A stretch of DNA of 60,927 nucleotides, counting the filler, from Hydrolagus affinis (lineage: Eukaryota): assembly GCA_012026655.1 (NCBI GenBank). It is 5 parts of 5 records of this genome, joined end to end, with 100 filler letters (N's around TTAATTAATTAA, not from the genome) between each part and the next. Parts side by side here need not be neighbours in the genome. Positions count along the whole stretch, not along the records: positions 1 to 11,293 come from JAAILG010023789.1; positions 11,394 to 26,986 come from JAAILG010017790.1; 3 more parts are not named here. One strand, given 5' to 3'. A program made the translations under genes and the position numbers. Of the stretch, positions 1 through 11,599 are shown in pieces. The notes under the pieces are model-generated. The model made no database searches. It had not been told where the DNA came from and worked only from the letters and a program-made list of their open reading frames with translations. Position 1 is the stretch's first letter; the number at the start of each line of letters is the position of its first letter.

Positions 1-302
1 GGTGGTGTCGGTGGGGCTATGGGACACCTGGCAGGTGTAAACCCCGCCACTCCTCCATTCTCCGGCGGGGACAGTCAGCCGGCTACTGACGCTGAATGTC
101 CCATTGTCTTCTTTAACCGAGGGAGAGGTCACCACACCTGAGGTCACGGGCTGCCAGTTCTTGAGCCACTTGACACTCAGTTTGTCGGGTTCGAAGCTGA
201 GTATTAAGCAAACAGCAGTGGCCGGTCTGAGCATTGCAATGTCTTCAGGGGAAGGCTGTAGGAGGATAACAACTGGGGGCGATGGTTTCGGTTTTACAAT
301 AT
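1..302 (-). CDS. IgH constant-domain exon (C1-set), first C exon after J; runs off the window start
   Basis: Acceptor ttgttgcag at 303-311, phase 1 matching the J donor. Translates (D)IVKPKPSPPVVILLQPSPEDIAMLRPATAVCLILSFEPDKLSVKWLKNWQPVTSGVVTSPSVKEDNGTFSVSSRLTVPAGEWRSGGVYTCQVSHSPTDTT, with the C1-set Cys-Trp-Cys pattern and YTCQVSH. Resembles chondrichthyan IgM CH2/IgNAR-IgW-type C domains rather than CH1. Confidence 0.9.
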
Positions 303-3300
303 CTGCAACATATTAAATAACAGTTTATGTTTTGTGCCATAGAAATACATTTTGTTGTGCGATACATATTAACACTGAAAGGCCAGCCATGATATGGAAA
401 TTCCTCTCTCATCGGCATACCTTTTTTCAATCTTCCCTATAAAAGAAAGCCTTCAGAAAGATGAACAATGCGATCTCCTCAATCAATTTCACTGATGATT
501 TAAACTAAACTCTATAGAGGGCTTGTACTTGAGAACCCTTCTGTTCTCCATGCGCACGTGCATCTCATTGAGCATTCCTCAATGATTGATCTTTAAAGCT
601 AGTTCAGTTTCACTCTGTGAGTCCTGCTTCCCCTCTGTCTGGTGCGTGTTGTGTCTGTCTCTTTTCAAGCTACTCGCATATCTATCCGACTCCAACTGAA
701 CAGGTTCAGGTCCTTTCTACCATGACAATTAGCTCACACATATATAGCTCCATAAATATGTGTGTGTGTGTGCATTAGTGTGCGTGTGCATTAGTGTGTG
801 TGTATAAGTGCATATAATTACTACTAACTATAGAGATTTTCAACCGAGGCAGTGGCTGCTTTCAGTTGGAATTCAAATATCCCATGATGCTAAACAAAAA
901 CAGAAGGTATTCTCTCTCTCCCTCTCTATTACTCTCTCTCGTCATACTAGTCAACAATCCCCCCAAATAAGCCTTCTCAATCACTCTACCCTTGTTTGTG
1001 GGACAGTGGTCTGTGCAACAGGCTTTTGCGCCTTGCTCACAAAATACAGACAATCGACTTTACATTATGTCCTGCGTTTTACCTCCATGATAGGCATTGT
1101 ATCTAATGCAATCATTACAGAATGAAGTACGTGCACATGACAGCGTGCATAATTGCACCCAATGACAAAAGTAGACTTCATTTATTTGTATTATTCATCA
1201 TAGTTTGTATGGATGCAGCTGTAACTTTTCTGTTGTGAGTTCGCATGGTGGTTAGGGGGAGGTAGAGGTAGGGGGGCTGGAGGTTAATTGCCTCCAAGAT
1301 GTTACATTTGGCATTTTACATTTAAATACACTTTAAATTTAAGCTCCCAATAATGTAGTTTCAGCTGTGAATACCTGTGTGCAAGAGAAACTTCTGATCA
1401 ACACTGCAAAGCCTCATCTCCCTGCCTGCTTGTCTATGTACTGCTTGATCTCACACTCAGTTCTCTGAGATGTAGTGTAACTTCCTCTCAATTCTGTGTC
1501 ACATTTCAGCTGTCAATCAGTGATAGAAAGGCAGCGATGACTGTCAGTGTCTGTCTGTGAACCTGGAGTCAGTAACGCTGAATCCACAGAGAAGCAGCTC
1601 AAAGCCACCAGTTGTTGGACTGTGGTGTTACATTTACATTGTGATCATAAATCTGACTCTGACCAAAAAGTTTTCAGAATTCAAAATCACACCACATTTT
1701 GAATTGCCGCTAAAATTCAAATTTAGCTTCAATATTAAAAACGTCTAATTAATTTGCTAATGTAAATTGATGTCAAGGTTACTCAGAGATGCAAATATTT
1801 TTACACCCAAAATTTTAAACATGAGCAACACTGGCTTTGGCGTTTGCGAAACCAATTGACCATCTTCAGACTGTTGACTGAATTACCAGTCAATTGCGAC
1901 CAGACTCCTGCTGTGTGGTGTTAAAATAGTTCATCAATTATTTACAGTGATAATAAATTGGGCATTTGATTTAGAGTCTTATTGTGTCTTCGAGAGATCT
2001 CAAAGCGCTTTATGGAATATACTGCGAAGTTAACTGGCAGCTCGTTTTGGGAAGAAAAATATCTGTCTGACTGTTGACTACGATTGGTCCACATTAGCTC
2101 TTTTAACTACTCAAGATTCCATATAATGGTTTTCAGTGCTTTACATGAGAAATGAAGGACAGTCATCAGTGTTGTGCCGGGGACTAACCTCTCACAGGGA
2201 ATCCTGTCTGACTGTGAGCGTGATTAGTGGAACCTGAAGCAGCTGCTAGCACAGCGATAAATGGAGGCAAATAAATGTTCCAACACATTTACGTGTACAT
2301 TTGTCACACACCCGCTCCGAAATGGCTAAATAACGGCAGAGGCAGAGGTTAAATAGCGATGGACGGCAGAAACGCTGCCTTGATTGACAAGCAAAGCACT
2401 TAAACAGTCACACATAGGAACATGATCAAATAGTAGTAATTACCATCGTTGATTTAGTTCATTACCACGCGTTTGAGCGGTCTCAAACCATTTAAAAGTA
2501 TATACTGTAAACCGAAATGTCTGTGTGATATTTGGGCGAATTTCGACAGCCCATTTCAAACAGCATTGCCCAACAAACAGCTATGGGTTGAATGAACAAT
2601 TAGTATTATTATCCTTATTATTATTAAGGGATTATTACCACCAAGAAAGAGGTTTGCTGATTAACTATCCAGCAAGTTCCTGCCTACTGCTAGGTAAACA
2701 GATGTGTGTGTGTGTGTGGAGCACGGAAAGTTGCCTAATGTTTCTTCATGCCTGAGAATCAAACCTGTTTTTTCCCGCTTCACCGCTGTGCTGCAGGAAT
2801 CACAGAATTTATATAACTATTGTTTGCTTCACAGTCTGTATAAAGCTGAGTTGTGGTAGATTTCTGTGTTAGTATTTAAATATCCTGATTTCATGTTGCA
2901 GCCATGTCCCTCAGGCTGACACTCAGAGGCTGGTGCTACATACACTGAACAACAAGCGGCGCTGGCGATTGTGCAGCTGTTTCCTGCCCTTGCGGTCACT
3001 GTCTTGTTAGTTATAAATACGTTGAATAAAATAATGATAAAACTAAAGATTATGTTCACTTCTGCCATGCAAATCCTCAAACAATAACCAACACTTTGAG
3101 ATCATTTATCTGCACCTTAGTATTTTTTGAATAGTATAATAATCTGAAATTTAATTTGCTCTTGCAATTCGGTTTTTCATAAGATCTGAGGAAAACTTGT
3201 TTCAGAAATCAAAATGAGTTTGCCATTTATTCACGTGGGATTTTACGCTTTAACAGAAAGTATTCTCCTCGCTGCTAGACACTATGTGGATTTTTCGGTC

Positions 3301-4941
3301 TGTTGGAAGATGTTAACGAAAACAAACCTACATATTGCTGTGGTCGACCGTAGGTTCTGAGGCTTAAACAAAAAACGAGCACTCATCCTCTCTCTGCACA
3401 GTCATTAATCTCAATTTCAGCCGTTTGCAATTACGCTGCTCAAAGCAGTCTAATCAAGTCTCACAAATAATCGCAGAGCAAACCATCACACCCCGAACAC
3501 AAACAGATTCCATTCAATAAACCACAAGTTACTCAATCTTAGCTTACACTCAGCCTGAAGCACTCAGTGACTGAGCAGTGAACTCACACACTCCCTTTTC
3601 CGCATCACAAATGAAGTTCAGTACATTGTGCAATGTAAATCACAGTCAGAATTCCGTGCAGCACCACGAGTTACACAACATAATCTAATCATGTAACTAG
3701 AGTGAAATGAGATACCGTTTCCTTTCATCCCCAGCTCTGCAGGACATTGAGCTAATCAGCTATGAAATAATTAGTTTGGTGTCAGTGACTGATGCTGCTG
3801 TGTGATAAACATCTCACATGCAGCTGCTACTGTTGCATTTCAGCCTGGAAGTCACAGTTTACCGTTTGTTTATTGAACACCATTTGTGTTTTTCCCCTAC
3901 ACACCAGTTAATTTTAAGCAGGATGCTGATGCTTATAGATGAACAACGCGCTCTTGTGTGACTGAACATTGCGTGGAAGCACAATTCACTCAATCGCTGT
4001 AAAAATAAATTAACGTTAATTCTGAACTGCTACTGTCGCAGTTAAAATCGAGATTGGTGTGTGGGGGCCGCTGAGGAAATGAAACTGTGAAACACATATT
4101 AATGTCTATATTAATTCGAATTAAAACCTTCACACTTATTTCAGTATGAACCGTACACCTTGATTTGCTGTTGATTTCAGTTATTTCCCAGCAACATGAA
4201 AGAAAAATAAGATAAAATTCCCAACACTCATCCCATTACATTCAAGCTACTGGTTTGTTAGTTGTAGAACAATTGAATCAAATATTGATAAAAAAAAAGA
4301 CACTAATCTCACATTTGGAGGAAATTTTATCTGTAATTTAAGATTTTGCTGTAGTCTATAAGATTACTTTGTATACTTAGAATTCGAAAATTTGATGCTG
4401 AGTAACTCTGGTAAACCTGTTTCAAACCGAATTTAACAAGTACCCACATTTCTACGGGATTTTACGCGTTACCAATCAATAAAAACAACCCCTATTATTT
4501 TGCTAACACATGTACAGCATGAGGCGCTGTATATTTAGTCACAATCCAGCATTATGATCCGGCATTTCTCTCAGACTCAATCGCTCCAAGACAAACAGCT
4601 ACCAAATGCAGCCACTTCCCCTAGATTAAACTTTGGGGAGTGAAATGCATATTGGAAGCAATCAGGTAAACTTCTCACTATATCTCCCAAAAATGTCAAA
4701 AATTGAGCTGTCACCATTTACCGCGATCAGACATTGCAGAAAATGCATCAGCATTAGCTCAGATGGATATTCGTTGCATGAATAATGCACAAGTTCAAAG
4801 CAAAAACAGCCAAATCACTTTTAGCATAGAAAAAACTCCGATATAGTCCGTTCATTATATCAAATGTCTGTCAAATCGAACAAAGCAAGCATTTAAACAG
4901 ACAAGTTAAGAACAGTGAGTGAGTTTTTGTCTCTTCGTTAC

Positions 4942-4982
4942 CTTCAGTCACCGTCACCTTCGTGCCTCGTCCCCATGTATAC
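4942..4982 (-). CDS. IGHJ: IgH J segment (YTWGRGTKVTVTE), possibly a germline D-J fusion
   Basis: Minus strand g TAT ACA TGG GGA CGA GGC ACG AAG GTG ACG GTG ACT GAA G|GTAACG: W-G-x-G motif, TVT end and phase-1 donor. Confidence 0.9.
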
Positions 4983-5010
4983 CACAGTGATAAACACTTG
5001 GAGAAAAACT
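4983..5010 (+). other. 12-RSS of the J segment
   Basis: CACAGTG (4983-4989) + 12 nt + AGAAAAACT (5002-5010). Confidence 0.85.
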
Positions 5011-5326
5011 ACTGCACAGGATCAAATTAGAAATATTGACCTGAAATTTCACACAGCGACTGGAGGAGCTCAGTTCAGATTCTCCAATGTGGCATCATGT
5101 AATGTTTCAGTCAGAATATATTTTTATGTTTATCGGAGACTTTTAATTAATGTAAAGCCACTCACCAGACCCCAATCTTGTTTAGCGACATCATGTAATC
5201 TAAACTAATCTGAATCCATCTTTTAAAAAGCAGGATAGTTCTGAGGATGATGTACTGTCAGTAACAGTACATTTGGTTAGTGTGAATGTTGTTGTGATTC
5301 CAGGGTTGAGCAGTGTCTCTGGCTGG

Positions 5327-5404
5327 GGTTTTTGTATGAGGAGGTGGCTGTTTGCTTCACTGTGACCCAGTATATCCACAGTGATACAGTCCCATACAAA
5401 TACT
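5327..5404 (-). other. IgH D segment GATATACTGGGT (5365-5376) with a 12-RSS on the V side and a 22-RSS on the J side
   Basis: GGTTTTTGT (5327-5335) - 22 nt - CACTGTG (5358-5364) - D - CACAGTG (5377-5383) - 12 nt - ACAAATACT (5396-5404). This is the classic shark D1 configuration. Confidence 0.92.
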
Positions 5405-5796
5405 GAGCCCCAACGTCAGCTCAATACCGGCTGTAAAAAATCGTTCAAAGTTTAACTCATCATTTGACATGACAACGACTGTGTCTAGTACTTGCTTCGT
5501 ATCCACAGAAACAGAAAAATAATTATCTTCCGCAGCTTGTAACAAGAGAGTACATCTGAACCGTTACACAGCCAATCTCCAATCATTGTCCTTCCCGCCT
5601 CAACAGCAGAGATTCACTTACCGGGTAAAATTATATGATATTACAACAAATGTGAACAGGTGATTCGCCCCCATTCAAACCACGATGTATTACATTGAAT
5701 AAATTTGATAAGAAATCCATTAATTGCTTTTTCTTTAAACTTCGTTACACTAACCCAATGAATGAAGGGTGGGAGGGGCTGCCTTTCCTCCCCTTG

Positions 5797-5835
5797 TGTA
5801 TTTGTAGCAGCTCAGCCCAGTTTCCTCTCACTGTG
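5797..5835 (-). other. 23-RSS of VH
   Basis: Minus strand CACAGTG (5835-5829) + 23 nt + ACAAATACA (5805-5797). Confidence 0.92.
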
Positions 5836-6305
5836 ACTGTGCTCCAGCACAGTAATAGGTGCCGGTGTCCTCCACTCTCAGGCTTTTGATGATCAGATTG
5901 AAGATGTTATTGGAATTCTCTCTGATGACAGTGACACGGTTTTCAATCCCAGCCTCGAAGCCATTGCTGTATGAGCTGTAATGCCAGAGGAGCCGTTCCC
6001 GCTGTTTTCCGGGAAGCTGCTGGTACCAGTACATGTAATAGCTGGCAATATTGAACCCGCTGGCTCTACAGGTCAGTCTCAGGGACTGGCCAGCTTTCCG
6101 GTTAGAGACTCCGGCTGTGTCAGCACCACAGCGGCCTGGACACCTGCAAACAACAATTCACCGAAGATTAATGACTATATATTATGCTGACTCGGCGATA
6201 TGGCAGAGAGAATAACACAGACACTGGAATATTGCGATTGACATACAAACAGTACTCACAGGAGAAGAGACACAACAACAGACTGAGGGATATCAGGGAC
6301 CTCAT
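5836..6305 (-). pseudogene. IGHV: IgH VH gene (leader 6305-6260, V exon 6143-5836), 1-nt frameshift in FR1 as assembled
   Basis: Leader MRSLISLSLLLCLFSC|VQA is shark IgM-like, with GTGAGT donor and TTTGCAG acceptor. V reads AVVLTQPESLTGK[fs]GQSLRLTCRASGFNIASYYMYWYQQLPGKQRERLLWHYSSYSNGFEAGIENRVTVIRENSNNIFNLIIKSLRVEDTGTYYCAGAQ. One C is missing near 6093 (AAG C-T GGC). Confidence 0.88.
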
Positions 6306-6400
6306 GTTTCTGGCCTCGTATGAGAAACGATACCTCTGCCCAATAACTGAGGGACCGGGAGCTGCCAGATGGACAGATGGGCTCAGTCCCCAGTGACCCC

Positions 6401-6475
6401 TATTTAACAAGGACAAGGCCGGCATGTATTGGAGTATCGACCAATAGCTACAGGACTGGGGCGAGTCACGCCTTA
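6401..6475 (-). promoter_or_regulatory. Candidate VH promoter (TATA-like TTAAATA; TGACTC CRE/AP-1-like element; no octamer)
   Basis: TTAAATA on the minus strand at 6401-6407, about 95 nt upstream of the ATG; GGCGTGACTCGCC further upstream. Motif inspection only. Confidence 0.45.
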
Positions 6476-9322
6476 GATTCCCTCTGACCTGCAAAGATCA
6501 ATAATTGTACCTTTGTATTCTACTTTTACACCTGATTAATATTAATATAGCTGTCGATAGTATCAGTCTCAGCACTGACCCTGAAGGGTCGTGAATTGTT
6601 TCCTTCCAAGCGTTTGTGTGAGGATTTGTAAATTAAAAATAAATCAGCAGAAATACAATTTCATGGCGCGATTGGTAAATATATGGAAGAGGCTCCATTG
6701 GAAGCCGATGAAAGAAAAAATTGTTGATTATTTTAAAGGCAAATTAGGTTACTTTTAGGAAATAAAATATGGGGACAAAGTACGTAATTTGGGAGATTAG
6801 GTACATGTGAGTTCCGGGATGGTAGACGGCGCGATGGATCGAACTTGCTCTTATTTAATCTAATATTCCTATTTTCCTGTTGAAACGATGATTATTATTT
6901 TAAGCCCCACATTTGATAAAGAGCCTTACTAGGTCAATAAAAGTTTATATTGCCATGAGTGAAGTGACTGAGCATCTTGTTGCCCAAAATTAATATTGCA
7001 TGCTCTAGTGGTGTAATGCAGAACAAAGTATATTAACTGAAAATAATAGCTTGGATATTTAGGAGTGAAAACGCCAAATGGCAATGAAAATCTGGAAATC
7101 CCTTCCCATCAATACAGTGGATACTTGTTCCACAGATATGTTCAAGCTTGTATTGGATAGATATTTGTTTGGTTAGCTTTGTGTTTTTAAGTGATGCGTA
7201 GTAAAGACGTATATTGGGAGATGCAGTACAGATCAGCTATGATCTTGTCGAGTTTCAAAACTACTTTGAGTGGCTGAAATGCCTGCTCAAATATCCATGT
7301 TCCTGATGCAAAATGTTCGATATTTTAATGAGGTTAAAGTTGAGGCTGACGTTTGAAATACAGAAGAATTTTTTTTGTACTCTCATCATGATATCCTGTC
7401 CCATTTGGGCATGAGTAAATTAATTGTTTTGTTTCCTGCAGCGGATTTCGCTTGGTATAATTTAGAAAACTAGTTATGTTCCTTGCTCTTTTAATCCTAT
7501 TTTTCCATTTTGTCTCTTGTCAGTGTTTTTTTGTTCCTACTAATATTCCCTCTCTTTTCTCTTACTTTGCTCCTTGATACCGTTAGCATTGTAGAAAATA
7601 TTTACAACTTTAGGTTCCAGCACAATTCCAGTGATATTCGTTACCCTTTTATGGCCCTATATTTGCTTAAATCACAAAATTGATATTAATGAACAATTAT
7701 GATGATTATAAACGATTTGATGTGTTGGCTCAGGCTTTCAATTCTGGTATGATCACTTGATGTGAGAAGCCAGATGGCGAGAGCTGCTGGTGTAGTCAGA
7801 TCCCAGTGAACTGCGAGGACCAAAGTCCTGACACTCTTCCAGGAACAGAAGAGAAGCAACTGAAGAAGCAAACTGCAAAGAAAAAAAATGTGATGTGAAG
7901 TTTGCATCAGAAGTGATACCAGTGGCGCATTCCTGAAACTCAATCCTTCTTACTCCACACGCAGTAAGTGAAAACCCAGGTGTTAGTCGATTGATGGATT
8001 GCTTTCCTGGGGTAATAATACGGTCAAAACAAACATTATACACTGAATCTGGTCACTATAGCAAAATACACAAAGGCTGTTATCTTATAGCAAACATGTC
8101 AATTCACCACAGACACCCTCGCACGACAGAAAATATATCACTGTAATATACACACTGGGTGCAGAGAACGATGCAGTGCCAAGCTGACCCACAAAACACT
8201 TGGGCAATGAGGGAACATGAAGCAAAAATACAATTTAAAGGTGTATAATTATCCTTCCATTTTACATAGCGCCTCATTACATCTTCGAGACTTCTGGAAG
8301 GGTTGTTCAGAATATACTGTAAAGAGTTGTGGGAAAAATACGGTAGATAATTGTATTAGTTTTTATTTTTGAATTATTATTCAAGATACGTTTTCATGAC
8401 ATTGTTATTTACAAACACCAGGACAATCCTGCTAATCAGTCTGTCATTGAAAGCGTCATACTTTACATCTTTCGGAATGAACCCAAATAATGTAATCATT
8501 TGTAAATGATGAATATCTAATACATTTGAAAAAGCTCATTTGAATATTCGTAACACAAGATTGTTCTATATTAATATGTTTTTGGTGTATTGGCAGATGT
8601 ATCCGGCAAAGTTTTCAATAACGTTTTCATTTGAAATTAAAGAACTCCCAGGCCCCTGGAGCTGTATTGGCTTCGGCAGCAATTCTCTCTAACTTCATTT
8701 CTCAATTGTGTCTGCACATTCCTGCATGTCCTGACTTATTATATATCAATTATTCACCTTAAACAACGTCCCAAAAGACTGTGATTATGGCATCCTGAGG
8801 TTTGGTGTTGCATAGAATATGTGTGTTGTTACACAGTCTCATTGTGAAAATGTCATCAAGTATCCGAGTTGATGGATAATTAACTGTGTTTTTATAATGT
8901 GGTATATCTATAATATAATGAGGCAGAGATATATAGGTACATTATCCTGTAAATAATACGTTGACATCGTACAATCAGCTGGTAATGTGGTTATTATTCC
9001 CTGGAAGGTTAAGCCGGTACTGATACATCTTCTGTATTGTCTGCAGTAATCTTGCAGATAAAGTAAACAAGAGGTGCTGGCTTCATTTAGCATCCAATAC
9101 AAACGATGGCAAATTTTCAGTGCTCATATTGTTATACTGGTTTGGGTTCATTTCTGTTACATTAATTCAAGATTGCGTGTTTACGGGAAGTTAACATTGG
9201 AAGATGTAATAGAACAATTTATCTGGATGACCTGTTTATTCGCAAAATGCTACACAAGTTGCTGTTTTTCATATCTAAAGTTGTCTGACGAGGAACACTC
9301 TGGAAAGATGTTTCACATAGAG

Positions 9323-9382
9323 TGAGTCAGGCTGCCTTCAGGTGGGGCGGAGTCTCAGAATAGAATTGTCAGGAAGCAGCTG
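9323..9382 (+). promoter_or_regulatory. Candidate promoter/enhancer of the CD101/IGSF3-like gene
   Basis: AP-1 TGAGTCA (9323-9329), GC box GGGGCGG (9344-9350), Ets AGGAAG (9371-9376) and E-box CAGCTG (9377-9382) within 60 nt. Confidence 0.35.
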
Positions 9383-11293
9383 TGCGTGTGTGCAGTCAGT
9401 CATTGAGCAGCTTCCTGCCCTCACACCCTGGCGCCCACTCCCTGACTTTTTATACATTAATGCACTTCCCACCAACAACAGCACAACTTCAGCGACACCT
9501 GTTTAGTCACCAAAGCAGCTGCGATTGTCAGACCAGAAATGGTAGTACAAATACGGATAATAATAGCTTAGACCTAATCTATTTGTCAAAAACGGCTTTC
9601 ACACCGGATGAACAGCTGAAAACAACTGGATGGTTGACTTTAAAATGTGGTGAAGCCCTTTTCAAATCAATTTAATTCAAACATTTTCCCATTCAAGTCT
9701 TGCGATTTCCTCTACAATTTTTGTTGTCGTTTTCGGTGACAGAAGGGTACTTTGTTCAACAAAATATGCTAAGGATCAGACCATTGTGAGTGGTAATAGA
9801 ATTTATCTTCTGGGTGAATTCCATTTAAAATGCCTACGTTTGGCATATGTCAATCTCGTATTATAGATTACATTAATTATTCAGTTACATTAATCTTGTG
9901 ATATATTTAAACTATTGGTTGAATGAGAAATTGGCATAACAATTATTATTGTTCTGAGTGAAAGTGTGCGGGCTGATACACAATTTAGAGATAACTGAAC
10001 TCACAGTTTAAATGAAGAACAAGTAAAACATTATATATACTTTGCAGTGAAATCCATATCGATTGTACCGCATCAATGATTTCTGATGCAATACTAAATT
10101 AGTCTGCTTGTATTATTTACTGATTCTTAGATTGTTACACAACTGTTTTATTTGTCTCTACACAAACGTTTGAAGTACACTGCACTCTATCTGTTGCAAT
10201 GTCAGACAGGCCCCTTCCCCAACTCACAGCGTCCCCTTGTGAATGGATATGGTCGGCCTGAGGTTTGGGGAATTATTTTGATTCACGGAATAGCTATTTT
10301 AAATCACAGTTGTAATATATTCATCTGGCAATTTGTTCAATTTATGCCATTTTTAATTGAAACCTGAGCGTTACCAAAGTTCTAAAAGATATTTTCAAAA
10401 ATAGTAATCCCTTTGTGCACCAGTAATTATACGGACAAAATGAAGAGATTCAGATACATTCGTTTATCCTTTGAACATTATACCAAAACAGCGTTAGGCA
10501 GGAATAAACAATATGAATAAATAATCAGTTGAGTTTCAATACGTGATGTGTAAGAGAGACGTGTTCAAACAGGTTGAACCCTAGAGCAGCAAGTTATGGT
10601 GAAAGAACAGAAGAGCTTGGAACTTTTCTATCTCCAGAATAGCCGACAAAAGTGGGATCAAATAGAGCTGATTAAAACTTATTTGGAATTGTTCAAGTAA
10701 AGACAGATAAATATTGTTGTTTGCAAGAAGCAAGTTTTGGCCGCAAAATTCTGGTTATTATGGGAAATTTCATTGCGCACACCAGAATATGTTTCTTCAC
10801 TCTGCGTGCAATATACAACTGGCACATGTTGATAAGATATGTGTTTCTTTGAAAATGTATTCACTAAAAACGGTTTGATGCTGTGATGTGGGCATCATGG
10901 TTGTTGTTATGGAAGGATGGTATGGGATTTGACCAAGGCGATTATTTTTCTAATTCTGTTGACACAGAACCAAACGTTGACATGTGGTGACTAGCTTTCT
11001 CAAGAGAAGACTCGCTTGAGAAACTCCAAGATGGCGGCGCGGATTTGAAGAGTTGTCTCTAACCCTCTCCTCCCCTCCCTCCCCTCCCCTCCTCTCCCTC
11101 CCCTCCCCTCCCCTCCTCTCCCTCCCCTCCTTCACCCAAACTGCTGAGGATCGCAAATCAATAACTAAAACCCAAACTAGCGACTTCCACGGACAAACTC
11201 ATAGAGCAGCCCGCGGAGCAGAGGGTGAGAATTATGCACCGCCGCAACCGTTATCACAACCACCACCGAAACCGCTACCGAGGTTTGGGCCGC

Positions 11294-11393
11294 NNNNNNN
11301 NNNNNNNNNNNNNNNNNNNNNNNNNNNNNNNNNNNNNTTAATTAATTAANNNNNNNNNNNNNNNNNNNNNNNNNNNNNNNNNNNNNNNNNNNN
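11294..11393. other. Assembly gap placeholder (44 N + TTAATTAATTAA + 44 N)
   Basis: The same 100-nt structure occurs at all four gaps; the linker gives stops in all six frames. Confidence 0.97.
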
Positions 11394-11599
11394 TTGCCTT
11401 CGACATGTTTCCCACATTTTCCTGTGGTGTCAACAACTACTCGCACTTATACAGAGCTTGGTTTGTGTAGTTAAACAGACTGAGCCAGCGCCTTGGGACA
11501 CCCTCCCGAAATGAAAAGCACTTTACACATCTGCTTTGTTGGTGTTGTTGTGGTGGGGTGGTGGGGGTGGTGGGAGGGAGAATAATAATCCTAATAATC

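Noticed and set aside
4922-4964. AGTTTTTGT nonamer-like sequence suggesting a second D with a 3' RSS
   Set aside because: No heptamer at 12 or 22/23 spacing; the region is the J coding sequence and splice donor.
7686-8043. Overlapping ORFs between VH and the EWI gene
   Set aside because: No family similarity recognised and no consistent exon boundaries.
8990-9060. Minus-strand MYQYRLNLPG / ICKITADNTED fragments resembling a decayed V
   Set aside because: The motifs are in different frames, with no RSS, leader or YYC; too weak.
10886-10919. MWASWLLLWKD|GT (and MLRIRP at 9766, MYCATILTAAAVM at 14802) as the EWI signal exon
   Set aside because: Weak hydrophobicity, wrong phase or wrong position; not supportable without transcripts, and the true exon may be in the 11.3-kb gap.
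11052-11132. Polypyrimidine (CCCTC) tract and the Pro/Arg-rich ORFs it generates
   Set aside because: Simple repeat beside an assembly gap.
11338-11349. TTAATTAATTAA repeated four times inside N runs
   Set aside because: Identical 44N-12-44N placeholders are an assembly linker, not biology.
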